Source: a virus
Taxonomy: Duplodnaviria; Heunggongvirae; Uroviricota; Caudoviricetes
Length of the DNA: 20,548 nucleotides
Virus record (IMG/VR): IMGVR_UViG_2872698443_000003
Strand: one strand, 5' to 3'
The notes beneath the pieces were generated by a model. It saw nothing but the letters and a program-made list of their open reading frames with translations. It was not told where the DNA came from and ran no database searches. This document shows, one piece after another, positions 1 to 7,574 of this stretch; the first letter of the stretch is position 1; each line of letters starts with the position of its first letter. Made by a program: the position numbers and the translations under genes.

Positions 1-366
1 ATGATTGATGTCTTAGGACCGGAGAAACGCAGACGGCGTACTACACAGGAAAAGATCGCTATTGTTCAGCAGAGTTTTGAACCGGGAATGACGGTCTCCC
101 TTGTTGCCCGGCAACACGGTGTGGCAGCCAGCCAGTTATTTCTCTGGCGCAAGCAATACCAGGAGGGAAGTCTTACTGCTGTGGCCGCAGGAGAGCAGGT
201 CGTTCCTGCCTCTGAACTTGCTGCTGCCATGAAGCAGATTAAAGAACTCCAGCGCCTGCTCGGCAAAAAAACGATGGAAAATGAACTCCTTAAAGAAGCC
301 GTTGAATACGGGCGTGCAAAAAAGTGGATAGCGCACGCGCCCTTATTGCCCGGGGATGGGGAGTAA
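1..366 (+). CDS. insC: IS2 transposase OrfA (InsC), 121 aa
   Basis: Track ORF 1..366; protein [30 protein letters not shown]... recognised as IS2 InsC. Confidence 0.92.
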
Positions 367-1229
367 GCTTAGTCAGCCGTTGTCTCCGGGTGTCGCGTGC
401 GCAGTTGCACGTAATTCTCAGACGAACCGATGACTGGAAAGATGGTCGCCGCAGCCGTCACTCAGATGATACGGATGTGCTTCTCCGTATACACCATGTT
501 ATCGGAGAGCTGCCCACGTATGGTTATCGTCGGGTATGGGCGCTGCTTCGCAGACAGGCCGAACTTGATGGTATGCCTGCGATCAATGCCAAACGTGTTT
601 ACCGGATCATGCGCCAGAATGCGCTGTTGCTTGAGCGAAAAACCGCTGTACCGCCATCGAAACGGGCACATACTGGCAAAGTGGCCGTGAAAGAAAGCAA
701 TCAACGATGGTGCTCTGACGGGTTCGAGTTCCGCTGTGATAACGGAGAAAAACTGCGAGTCACGTTCGCGCTGGACTGCTGTGACCGTGAGGCACTGCAC
801 TGGGCAGTCACTACGGGCGGCTTCGACAGTGAAACAGTACAGGACGTCATGCTGGGAGCGGTGGAACGCCGCTTCGGCAACGAGCTTCCGGCGTCTCCAG
901 TAGAGTGGCTGACGGATAATGGTTCATGCTACCGGGCTAATGAAACACGGCAGTTTGCCCGGATATTGGGGCTTGAACCGAAGAACACGGCGGTGCGGAG
1001 TCCGGAGAGTAACGGCATAGCAGAGAGCTTCGTGAAAACGATAAAGCGTGACTACATCAGTATCATGCCTAAACCAGACGGGTTAACGGCAGCAAAGAAC
1101 CTTGCAGAGGCGTTCGAGCATTATAACGAATGGCATCCGCATAGTGCACTGGGTTATCGCTCGCCACGGGAATATCTGCGGCAGCAGGCCAGTAATGGGT
1201 TAAGTGATAACAGGTGTCTGGAAATATAG
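324..1229 (+). CDS. insD: IS2 transposase OrfB (InsD), 301 aa, -1 frame relative to insC; OrfAB fusion expected by programmed frameshift
   Basis: Track ORF 324..1229 with DDE-type integrase core; overlaps insC at AAAAAAG 318-324. Confidence 0.92.
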
Positions 1230-1240
1230 GGGCAAATCCA

Positions 1241-1744
1241 CTGCAACGTGCCGGAATCGATTTGGCGATCTACTTTGATGATGCGCCGTCAGCGCAACTC
1301 ACTCATCACTTTCTGATGGATGAAGAAATCCTGCCAGTATGTAGCCCGGAATACGCTCAAAGACATGCTTTAACCAACACGGTAATTAACCTGTGTCACT
1401 GTACGTTGCTCCATGACAGACAGGCATGGAGCAACGACTCCGGTACGGATGAATGGCATAGTTGGGCGCAACATTATGCGGTTAATTTGCCGACATCTTC
1501 TGGAATTGGCTTTGATCGTTCTGATTTAGCTGTTATTGCCGCGATGAATCATATTGGGGTGGCGATGGGAAGAAAACGCCTGGTACAAAAAAGGCTTGCC
1601 AGTGGTGAGCTCGTCGCGCCGTTTGGCGATATGACGGTGAAATGCCATCAGCATTATTACATCACCACATTACCGGGCAGGCAGTGGCCAAAAATTGAAG
1701 CGTTTATTACCTGGCTAAGAGAACAGGTAAAAACCACTTCATAA
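1241..1744 (+). pseudogene. LysR-family transcriptional regulator, C-terminal substrate-binding portion only (about 168 codons); 5' half replaced by IS2
   Basis: Track ORF 1214..1744 begins inside the IS2 right end, so its first codons are IS-derived; no HTH N-terminus. Position next to the torI/attR end matches the K-12 dsdC neighbourhood (synteny inference, not sequence recognition). Confidence 0.6.
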
Positions 1745-1839
1745 TGAATAAAACCACGAGTTCCTGGTGTGCCTTATTCGGCCTGCTAGTTCGAATTTAA
1801 TTTACGGTTTTTATGTGGTTTTAGGGATAAACACAAGGA

Positions 1840-1854
1840 TGGTGTCCCCTGCAG
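1840..1854 (-). other. attR core: TGGTGTCCCCTGCAG, reverse complement of the 3' end of tRNA-Arg (argW)
   Basis: Match to recalled argW 3' terminus CTGCAGGGGACACCA; orientation agrees with minus-strand int at the far end; lies immediately outside torI. Confidence 0.6.
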
Positions 1855-1927
1855 ACATCTACTTGAGGCGGCATGGGATTGATTGGAATGGTGTTTTTTA
1901 GATGTGAAAAATATTTTACCCGCTATT

Positions 1928-2128
1928 TTACCCATTAGCGCGGCTTAAGAGCTTATTTTTGAATTCACAATGGTCACGATATAACCATCTTGCTCGCCCG
2001 TGGATAACTTTGGCTTTTGGCAGGTCGCCGGACTTAATCCGGTCATAGATGAAGGTTTTACCAAAGCCAGTATCAGCCATGATGAATTTCAAATCAACCA
2101 GTGAATCAGGCTGTAGTTCGTGTTGCAT
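1928..2128 (-). CDS. torI: TorI, KplE1 excisionase/recombination directionality factor and Tor response-regulator inhibitor, 66 aa
   Basis: Track ORF 1928..2128; protein MQHELQPDSLVDLKFIMADTGFGKTFIYDRIKSGDLPKAKVIHGRARWLYRDHCEFKNKLLSRANG matches E. coli K-12 TorI as recalled. Confidence 0.9.
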   Translation of the reverse strand: MQHELQPDSLVDLKFIMADTGFGKTFIYDRIKSGDLPKAKVIHGRARWLYRDHCEFKNKLLSRANG

Positions 2129-2171
2129 GAGTGCTATCTCCGAATAGGGAATCGAACCTGCAAATCAGGTA

Positions 2172-2194
2172 ATAAAAAACCGCCATCAGGCGGC
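2172..2194 (-). terminator. Rho-independent terminator (stem CCGCC/GGCGG, loop ATCA, T-run on the minus strand)
   Basis: Hairpin 2180-2193 followed on the minus strand by TTTTTTATT (plus-strand A-run 2174-2179); stop codon of the upstream small ORF lies in the loop. Confidence 0.55.
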
Positions 2195-2353
2195 TTGGTG
2201 TTCTTTCAGTTCTTCAATTCGAATATTGGTTACGTCTGCATGTGCTATCTGCGCCCATATCATCCAGTGGTCATAGCAGTCGTTGATGTTCTCCGCTTCG
2301 ATAACTCTGTTGAATGGTTCTCCATTCCATTCACCTGTGACTCGGAAGTGCAT
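2186..2353 (-). CDS. Small hypothetical protein, 55 aa (MHFRVTGEWNGEPFNRVIEAENINDCYDHWMIWAQIAHADVTNIRIEELKEHQAA), below the track's length cutoff
   Basis: Manual translation; ATG 2353 preceded by GGAG at about 8 nt; ends inside the terminator loop. Confidence 0.45.
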   Translation of the reverse strand: MHFRVTGEWNGEPFNRVIEAENINDCYDHWMIWAQIAHADVTNIRIEELKEHQAA

Positions 2354-2433
2354 TTATCATCTCCATAAAACAAAACTCGCCGTAGCGAGTTCAGATAAAA
2401 GAAATCCATCAATTGGTTAGGGTTTTTGTAATT

Positions 2434-2625
2434 CTACGAATTATGTTGTTTTTTAGCTTCAGCTTTCCATTCATCAAAGGCAGTGTCTTTGTTCATGGTG
2501 CTGATATTGATCTTACGGTCAATATCATATACACGCCACTCACCGTTAGGCCTCTCTTCGCATCTAACTAAGTATGAATTGCCATTAATATCTATGCGTC
2601 TGTCTATTTGCATGAACATTTTCAA
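2434..2625 (-). CDS. Hypothetical prophage protein, 63 aa
   Basis: Track ORF in the leftward operon, no overlap with better ORFs. Confidence 0.5.
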   Translation of the reverse strand: MKMFMQIDRRIDINGNSYLVRCEERPNGEWRVYDIDRKINISTMNKDTAFDEWKAEAKKQHNS

Positions 2626-2736
2626 TTTTCGAACCCTCTTTAATATGCATTTTTTGCTATTTCAGTAGTTTACTATTGATGAGGCGTTATTATACACACT
2701 TCATTAATGCAAGCATCTTTATGCTATGCTACTAAT

Positions 2737-3018
2737 TTAGCAATTGATATTTACCTTTATCGCGTATACCTTAACCGGTTTATCGCCGAAGTGGGGATGT
2801 GTGATTGTCTTGATTTCATATCCACCATACGGAACATCAATTCTACGGCTGGAATCGTCGCGCTTCGGATATCCCTTTGTGATAATCAGGCGGTCATACT
2901 CCCGGAACATAATTCGCTTATTCCAATAGTCATTACACAGGCGATACTCTTCCGTTTTCTCTCCTCGAATCATGGCATCGAAGTATTCACCTTTGACGGC
3001 AAGTTGCAGGTTAGCCAC
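2737..3018 (-). CDS. Hypothetical early-operon protein, 93 aa from GTG start (track ORF extends to 3087)
   Basis: GTG 3018 preceded by AGGAGG at 6 nt; the longer track start would overlap the upstream gene by 77 nt. Confidence 0.55.
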   Translation of the reverse strand: MANLQLAVKGEYFDAMIRGEKTEEYRLCNDYWNKRIMFREYDRLIITKGYPKRDDSSRRIDVPYGGYEIKTITHPHFGDKPVKVYAIKVNINC

Positions 3019-3577
3019 GGTTAACCTCCTGCGGCGGCTCTGGTAGCGGCATCCAGTGTGACGGCTCACATACCCCCTCAACACCATTCATGTAAAAGAA
3101 TTGAAATAACCCTTTACCTTTGTGAAACCCTACCATCTGCTCTTTTGTGTCTGAACAATAAACCAAAACATCTTCTTCGTTTGGCATTCGCTCACTACAG
3201 CTTATCCAACTATCCGGAGTTACCGGAGAGTTGCCCGATAGCTGGTTCAACTTGTAAGTTTGGCTTACAGGTTCGGCTTTCAGTTCTGCTATGCGCTTTT
3301 TTGCTGTTTCCAGCTCATCCAGCAGCGCCAAGACGGTAGCCGGATTGGCTGCGGCGATGAATTCAGCATTGGCCTGCTGTTCCATTTGGAAATCTTCATC
3401 GAAGCCGCTTTCAGGATGCGCTCCTTCAATTCTGCAAATGGGAAGATATCCAACAACGTCACGATGAATTAGCGCATCACCAGCATCAAGCCTCTCCTCT
3501 CCATATTCTAGCGACCACACACCACACGTTGCTTTCTCTGCCGCCTCACGCAGTGCCTGATAGTCAATCTTGCTCAC
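3011..3577 (-). CDS. Ead/Ea22-like N-terminus plus DUF551-like C-terminus, lambdoid early accessory protein, 188 aa
   Basis: Track ORF; N-terminus [24 protein letters not shown]... and C-terminal WISCSERMP...HWMPLPEPP resemble Ea22/DUF551 proteins (recalled family features). Confidence 0.6.
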   Translation of the reverse strand: MSKIDYQALREAAEKATCGVWSLEYGEERLDAGDALIHRDVVGYLPICRIEGAHPESGFDEDFQMEQQANAEFIAAANPATVLALLDELETAKKRIAELKAEPVSQTYKLNQLSGNSPVTPDSWISCSERMPNEEDVLVYCSDTKEQMVGFHKGKGLFQFFYMNGVEGVCEPSHWMPLPEPPQEVNRG

Positions 3578-4056
3578 TGGTCGCCTCCTTTGCGAAGCTG
3601 GTCGGCGAACAAACGTACACTAGACGCTTCACTGCGTAGAAACTTAACGGCATAATCAAAACCACCTCGTTCTGCGTCGTCTGCTCCGTTGTCGAGGTTA
3701 TCTGCGTACATCTCTACCCCCTGCGCCCGTACTTCAGCCAGGAAAGCATCGGTAGATGGGGTGTTAAGTGAAAAGTCCTGTCGGCCTGATTTCAGATACG
3801 CAATGGCGATCTTTGTTGCTGCGCATTCGACAGCGAATTTCTCTTTTTCAGCAGCCATCTTCGCGCACTTGGCCTCAAGGTTATCAATCGTGATTCCAGC
3901 AGAACGACACTCCCGCAACGCCGTTTCCAGTTTTGATTCAAGTTCACCGAACTTACGCACCAGATATTCAGCGTTTGTTTCGTTAACCTTTAAATCACTT
4001 GGGATGCATTTACCTTTCAGAAATCCATCCATCTCAATTAGTGACATTTGTTTCAT
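3574..4056 (-). CDS. Coiled-coil Ea22-like early protein, 160 aa from the internal ATG (track start 4074 is GTG)
   Basis: ATG 4056 overlaps the stop of the upstream 54-aa ORF in an ATGA motif; stop overlaps the next start (ATGA at 3574-3577). Confidence 0.5.
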   Translation of the reverse strand: MKQMSLIEMDGFLKGKCIPSDLKVNETNAEYLVRKFGELESKLETALRECRSAGITIDNLEAKCAKMAAEKEKFAVECAATKIAIAYLKSGRQDFSLNTPSTDAFLAEVRAQGVEMYADNLDNGADDAERGGFDYAVKFLRSEASSVRLFADQLRKGGDQ

Positions 4057-4217
4057 TTCTTCCCACTCCGCCACATTGCATTCAGATATTTGTTGTCATT
4101 AACAGAACCGAAACTATTTCTCTTAAGCAATTCCTCTCTCGATGGCATTGGCTTTACGCGTTGGCGAATAATCATTTCTGCCGGAAGAATGCCGGGATTG
4201 TATGCAAGTCCTCTCAT
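4053..4217 (-). CDS. Small hypothetical protein, 54 aa ([54 protein letters not shown])
   Basis: Manual translation; ATGA overlaps at both ends (4214-4217 and 4053-4056); GGAGAG upstream. Confidence 0.4.
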   Translation of the reverse strand: MRGLAYNPGILPAEMIIRQRVKPMPSREELLKRNSFGSVNDNKYLNAMWRSGKK

Positions 4218-4504
4218 GATTTACTCTCCACGAACTGGTCAACGGCCATGCTAAGTGACACACCTAAAGTATCGATATGCTGCTGAATATCCTGTAGCGT
4301 CCGCGCTTGAGATAACAGAATTTCACGGTTGCATAACTCTTTAACCAGATGCTCAAACTTGCTGTAATAACCGATACGGCTTAGTGTTTCTTTCCCTGCA
4401 TTCTCACCTTCTTTGATAATTCCTCTTTCGCTAAGAATCAGGTCGTGTTTGGTTCCGGTAATAACGTATTTGCCGAGGTCGATGTTTAGCTTCATTGTTT
4501 TCAT
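4214..4504 (-). CDS. Hypothetical protein, 96 aa from ATG 4504 (track ORF 4214..4657 has a longer, overlapping start)
   Basis: ATG 4504 preceded by GAGGAA at about 8 nt and lies 10 nt after the upstream stop. Confidence 0.5.
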   Translation of the reverse strand: MKTMKLNIDLGKYVITGTKHDLILSERGIIKEGENAGKETLSRIGYYSKFEHLVKELCNREILLSQARTLQDIQQHIDTLGVSLSMAVDQFVESKS

Positions 4505-4514
4505 TGTTAATTCC

Positions 4515-4811
4515 TCAGTCATTACTGATAGCGCCATAGCGTGAGCGGTAATTACGCAGGCGCGGGTCGATATATTCAGGGAAGTGGGTATATGTGGCTT
4601 TGCGGAATGGTCGGATTGATGTCTGGTAAATTCGCTCTCGTTCTTCTTTCTCTGCAAGCCATATACAGTGGCGAAATTCCTTTTCTTCTTTCGTTTCCTG
4701 CGGTAGCGACATTATCCGGTCGTAGTTTTTCCTGAATTTATCCAGCACCTCCGATACGGAATTGCCGGAACAGCGGCGCGCGTCGTCCGCACCATACAGA
4801 GGCGCTGGCAT
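4515..4811 (-). CDS. Hypothetical basic protein, 98 aa
   Basis: Track ORF; AGGAG 6 nt upstream of ATG 4811. Confidence 0.55.
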   Translation of the reverse strand: MPAPLYGADDARRCSGNSVSEVLDKFRKNYDRIMSLPQETKEEKEFRHCIWLAEKEERERIYQTSIRPFRKATYTHFPEYIDPRLRNYRSRYGAISND

Positions 4812-4824
4812 GATTTTCTCCTGA

Positions 4825-5340
4825 TTAAATTGCGTGAATAGCGTGACGAGGGAAGGGGAGGGTTACTGGCGCAAAAGGTATATCGTCGTCAAACTCCATA
4901 GGTGGTTCGCTGTGATTTACCTGCTTCTGAGGCTGCTGTTTTTGTTGCTGACCGTTATTTCGCTGAGGTGAAGACTGTTCATTGCTTCCTTGCTTGCCAC
5001 CAAGCATTTGCATGGTTCCACCAACGCCCACGATAACTTCGGTAGTGAACCGATCCTGTCCGCTTTGATCCTGCCATTTTCTTGTCCGCAATTTTCCTTC
5101 AAGATAAACCTCAGAGCCTTTTCGCAGATATTCGCTGGCAATTTCTGCCAGTTTCCCGCTCATTACCACACGGTGCCACTCCGTCTGCTCCTTTTGCTCT
5201 CCAGTTTGCTTATCACGCCATTGTTCTGACGTAGCAACTATAAGGTTTGCAAATGCCGTTCCTGATGGTGAATATCTGATTTCTGGATCATGCCCAAGGC
5301 GACCAATAATGATCACCTTATTTACGCCTCTACTTCCCAT
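4825..5340 (-). CDS. ssb: Phage single-stranded DNA-binding protein with a 15-residue extension after the canonical DDDIPF tail, 171 aa
   Basis: N-terminal OB-fold region closely matches E. coli SSB as recalled ([51 protein letters not shown]...[10 protein letters not shown]); C-terminus reads ...[24 protein letters not shown]. Confidence 0.88.
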   Translation of the reverse strand: MGSRGVNKVIIIGRLGHDPEIRYSPSGTAFANLIVATSEQWRDKQTGEQKEQTEWHRVVMSGKLAEIASEYLRKGSEVYLEGKLRTRKWQDQSGQDRFTTEVIVGVGGTMQMLGGKQGSNEQSSPQRNNGQQQKQQPQKQVNHSEPPMEFDDDIPFAPVTLPFPRHAIHAI

Positions 5341-6048
5341 TTATGCCGCCTGTTTTAGTTCGTTAACTCTGATGTTCATTACCTGAACGCATTTAGCCTG
5401 CGCATCCTCATTGCCAGCCATTAATTGCCAGTCATGCTGATAACGTTCTATGAGTTTTTTCTTGTCAGTTTCTGTTGATGCATAATCGCTGAAGTCTTTC
5501 AGGATTTGTTCGCAGTCAACCGATGGAGATTTCTGGTTGGTATTTTCTGGTGATGGTTTGTTATCTGATGCTGGGATTGCCCAGCCCGGCAGCGATGGAG
5601 GGAGCCAGTAAAATCCTGTTCCATCCTTCAGTTTTGCCCTGTGCCACCCCTGCTTTTTATCGGGAGATGTTTGTGCGAAACCTTCCTCAAGGTTATACAG
5701 ATACCGACCGATTCCCCACTGAACGGCAGCGCGCTTCATTGCACCGGAACGACCACCTTTGACGGCTTCTACCTGCGTGTTTTCAGCAGCATCCCATTTG
5801 GTTACCCATTCGGAATCAATCTTTATTGATATGCCGCATTCAACGCCGCCGTTGTTGGGAATATCGCGGTATTCATTGCGCCATCCTGCTTTGCCACAAA
5901 CATCGTCAAGGCGTTTCATGATTGCCCGGTTCGTAACATAAGCCAGCACCATAGCCCACACCTTGCCATCGCGTGTTTTACCGCTTTGCTGTATTCGCCA
6001 TTCGATATCTTCAGGGCAGAATGGCTCATCGAATTTGTTCAAATCCAT
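5341..6048 (-). CDS. Rad52/Sak-type single-strand annealing recombinase, 235 aa
   Basis: Track ORF directly upstream of and abutting ssb; motifs resembling the Rad52/22 family (recalled, not searched). Confidence 0.55.
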   Translation of the reverse strand: MDLNKFDEPFCPEDIEWRIQQSGKTRDGKVWAMVLAYVTNRAIMKRLDDVCGKAGWRNEYRDIPNNGGVECGISIKIDSEWVTKWDAAENTQVEAVKGGRSGAMKRAAVQWGIGRYLYNLEEGFAQTSPDKKQGWHRAKLKDGTGFYWLPPSLPGWAIPASDNKPSPENTNQKSPSVDCEQILKDFSDYASTETDKKKLIERYQHDWQLMAGNEDAQAKCVQVMNIRVNELKQAA

Positions 6049-6056
6049 AATTCACC

Positions 6057-6227
6057 TCAGAATGGACATGGCCCAAGGAAATAACGCTGGTTTAATACTT
6101 CGACTCGGGACAAATTAAGGCATACCCGCATTCCTTCGCGGTCACCATTATGGCGATACCAGAGAGCTTTTTGCGTGTACATGCGTCTCTGTAACTTGCT
6201 CTCCTTCACTGTGGTTGCAAGTGACAT
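6057..6227 (-). CDS. Small hypothetical ORF, 56 aa, strong SD (GGAGAT) but overlaps the 6148..6306 ORF out of frame
   Basis: Manual translation (MSLATTVKESKLQRRMYTQKALWYRHNGDREGMRVCLNLSRVEVLNQRYFLGPCPF). Confidence 0.3.
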   Translation of the reverse strand: MSLATTVKESKLQRRMYTQKALWYRHNGDREGMRVCLNLSRVEVLNQRYFLGPCPF

Positions 6228-6306
6228 GAATATCTCCTTCGTTACCGATTAATTCTTTCATCTGACGAATGAATTCTTCGTCTGACCAGTTATCTGTAAA
6301 ACTCAT
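6148..6306 (-). CDS. Small acidic hypothetical protein, 52 aa
   Basis: Manual translation; start ATG overlaps the upstream stop in ATGA at 6303-6306. Confidence 0.35.
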   Translation of the reverse strand: MSFTDNWSDEEFIRQMKELIGNEGDIHVTCNHSEGEQVTETHVHAKSSLVSP

Positions 6307-6455
6307 TTCCTGCGATACCACGGAATGTTGATCGCTGATTTCATCGCTTTATTTGCTTCAAGCCACATTTTGGAATCACCAATAAATCTGGCTATTACTG
6401 CTTTGTTCTGTGCAGCACGAAGCATCTGGTGATTAATGACTATTTCATTGCGCAT
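6303..6455 (-). CDS. Small hypothetical protein, 50 aa (MRNEIVINHQMLRAAQNKAVIARFIGDSKMWLEANKAMKSAINIPWYRRK)
   Basis: Manual translation; GGAGG 5 nt upstream of ATG 6455. Confidence 0.4.
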   Translation of the reverse strand: MRNEIVINHQMLRAAQNKAVIARFIGDSKMWLEANKAMKSAINIPWYRRK

Positions 6456-6574
6456 AACGCCTCCAGTTGTTTCTTTGCTGCTCTGATTAATTGTTTAACT
6501 CGGCGTGATAATTCAGATTCGTGCGGGTAGAAAGCGGACATGACGCCGCTACCCGCGAGCTGAAAGTGCATCAT
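6440..6574 (-). CDS. Small hypothetical protein, 44 aa from the internal ATG; the longer track ORF 6440..6679 would read through a terminator
   Basis: AAGGAG 7 nt upstream of ATG 6574; terminator 6641-6664 sits inside the longer track ORF. Confidence 0.4.
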   Translation of the reverse strand: MMHFQLAGSGVMSAFYPHESELSRRVKQLIRAAKKQLEALCAMK

Positions 6575-6640
6575 GGGTAACTCCTTATATTTGATTGCAT
6601 AACGAAAACGCCTCAAGTGAAGCGTTATTGGTATGCATAT

Positions 6641-6664
6641 AAAAAAGCCCCCACACTGGAGGGC
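6641..6664 (-). terminator. Rho-independent terminator on the minus strand
   Basis: Minus-strand RNA GCCCUCCAGUGUGGGGGC followed by UUUUUU. Confidence 0.55.
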
Positions 6665-6759
6665 AAAGAAGATTTCCAATAATCAGAACAAGTCGGCTCC
6701 TGTTTAGTTACGAGCGACATTGCTCCGTGTATTCACTCGTTGGAATGAATACACAGTGC

Positions 6760-6963
6760 TTATTCGCGAGCTTTGAGCATTGCGTCTGCAAACTTATATG
6801 CAGCGCTTGCTGCATAATTAACAGCTCCATCAGAATCATTATCGATAATCGATGGATTGCTAATCATTGCTTGCATAGCCTTTGCCGCGAAGTAATCACG
6901 TAATGTCGCATCACTTGCCATTTCTGGGCGTTTGATATCTGCTTCGTAAAACTCGCACATCAC
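6760..6963 (-). CDS. Hypothetical early protein, 67 aa
   Basis: Track ORF; start overlaps the upstream stop (ATGA at 6960-6963). Confidence 0.5.
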   Translation of the reverse strand: MMCEFYEADIKRPEMASDATLRDYFAAKAMQAMISNPSIIDNDSDGAVNYAASAAYKFADAMLKARE

Positions 6964-7256
6964 TCACCTCCCAGAGCCTTGATGATTGCTGCAAAACCTT
7001 TATTAACAGCTCCATACCATTCTGGATATGTTGTCGTTGTTCTATTTTTGGATTGCTTAAGTAATAACTGAAGTGCTTCGAGAAGGTCAGGTGCTGCCGC
7101 TATTAGATTGGCATCTTCAATGCATTGAACTTCCTCACAGATTGCAATATACGAACGCCAGCCTGCGCCATTTTCAAGAGAGTCTGCCTGGATGATTTTA
7201 ATCTCATCGCCATCCATCATTATTTCCCACTTACCTTCAGTACCTTTAAATTCCAT
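6960..7256 (-). CDS. Hypothetical early protein, 98 aa
   Basis: Track ORF in the leftward operon. Confidence 0.5.
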   Translation of the reverse strand: MEFKGTEGKWEIMMDGDEIKIIQADSLENGAGWRSYIAICEEVQCIEDANLIAAAPDLLEALQLLLKQSKNRTTTTYPEWYGAVNKGFAAIIKALGGE

Positions 7257-7276
7257 GTTAGCCTCTGTTGTTTATG

Positions 7277-7307
7277 CCAAAAATAAAGGCCACCATCAGG
7301 CAGCCTT
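7277..7307 (-). terminator. Rho-independent terminator, related in sequence to the one at 2172-2194
   Basis: Minus-strand stem of about 9 bp (two G-U pairs), loop UGAU, then UUUAUUUUUGG; stop of the 7296..7496 ORF lies in the loop. Confidence 0.5.
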
Positions 7308-7496
7308 GTTGTTCAGTTTACCAAGTTCTCTGGCAATCATTGCCGTCGTTCGTATTGCCCATTTATCGACATATTTCCCATCTTCCATTACAGGAAACAT
7401 TTCTTCAGGCTTAACCATGCATTCCGATTGCAACTTGCATCCATTGCATCGTTTGAATTGTCCACACCATTGATTCTTATCAATAGTCGTAGTCAT
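7296..7496 (-). CDS. Cys-rich small protein, 66 aa, possible zinc-binding
   Basis: Track ORF; C-x4-C-x2-C-x5-C spacing in the N-terminal half. Confidence 0.5.
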   Translation of the reverse strand: MTTTIDKNQWCGQFKRCNGCKLQSECMVKPEEMFPVMEDGKYVDKWAIRTTAMIARELGKLNNKAA

Positions 7497-7574
7497 ACGG
7501 ATAGTCCTGGTATTGTTCCATCACATCCTGCGGATGCTCTTCGAACTCTTCAAATTCTTTTTCCATATCTCACC

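Larger units (their letters stand above)
1..1240 (+). mobile_element. IS2 (IS3 family), 3' 1240 bp of the 1331-bp element; left end lies about 90 bp upstream of the window
   Basis: InsC and InsD proteins recognised; right end ...GGAAATATAGGGGCAAATCCA at 1220-1240 matches the IS2 terminus as recalled; A6G slippery site at 318-324. Confidence 0.9.

Noticed and set aside
66-336. Minus-strand ORFs 66..266 and 136..336 inside insC
   Set aside because: Antisense to a recognised IS2 gene; likely chance ORFs.
430-800. Track ORFs 430..690 (+) and 462..800 (-) inside insD
   Set aside because: Fully embedded in the recognised IS2 transposase gene in other frames; no independent signal.
1745-1839. Possible promoter or small RNA between the LysR remnant and attR
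   Set aside because: No convincing -35/-10 pair or stable hairpin found by inspection.
2120-2368. Plus-strand 82-aa ORF 2120..2368
   Set aside because: Spans a minus-strand terminator and is antisense to a better-supported minus-strand small gene with a ribosome-binding site.
2483-3024. Plus-strand ORFs 2483..2668, 2707..3024 and 2744..2929
   Set aside because: Antisense to minus-strand genes in a region where every supported gene is leftward; no ribosome-binding sites seen.
3058-4286. Plus-strand ORFs 3058..3339, 3260..3472, 3689..4102, 3999..4286 and 4048..4254
   Set aside because: All antisense to the coupled minus-strand early operon; low-complexity translations.
4917-5941. Alternative-frame ORFs inside ssb and the Rad52-like gene (4917..5141, 4990..5229, 5523..5762, 5641..5829, 5759..5941)
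   Set aside because: Embedded in confidently assigned genes.
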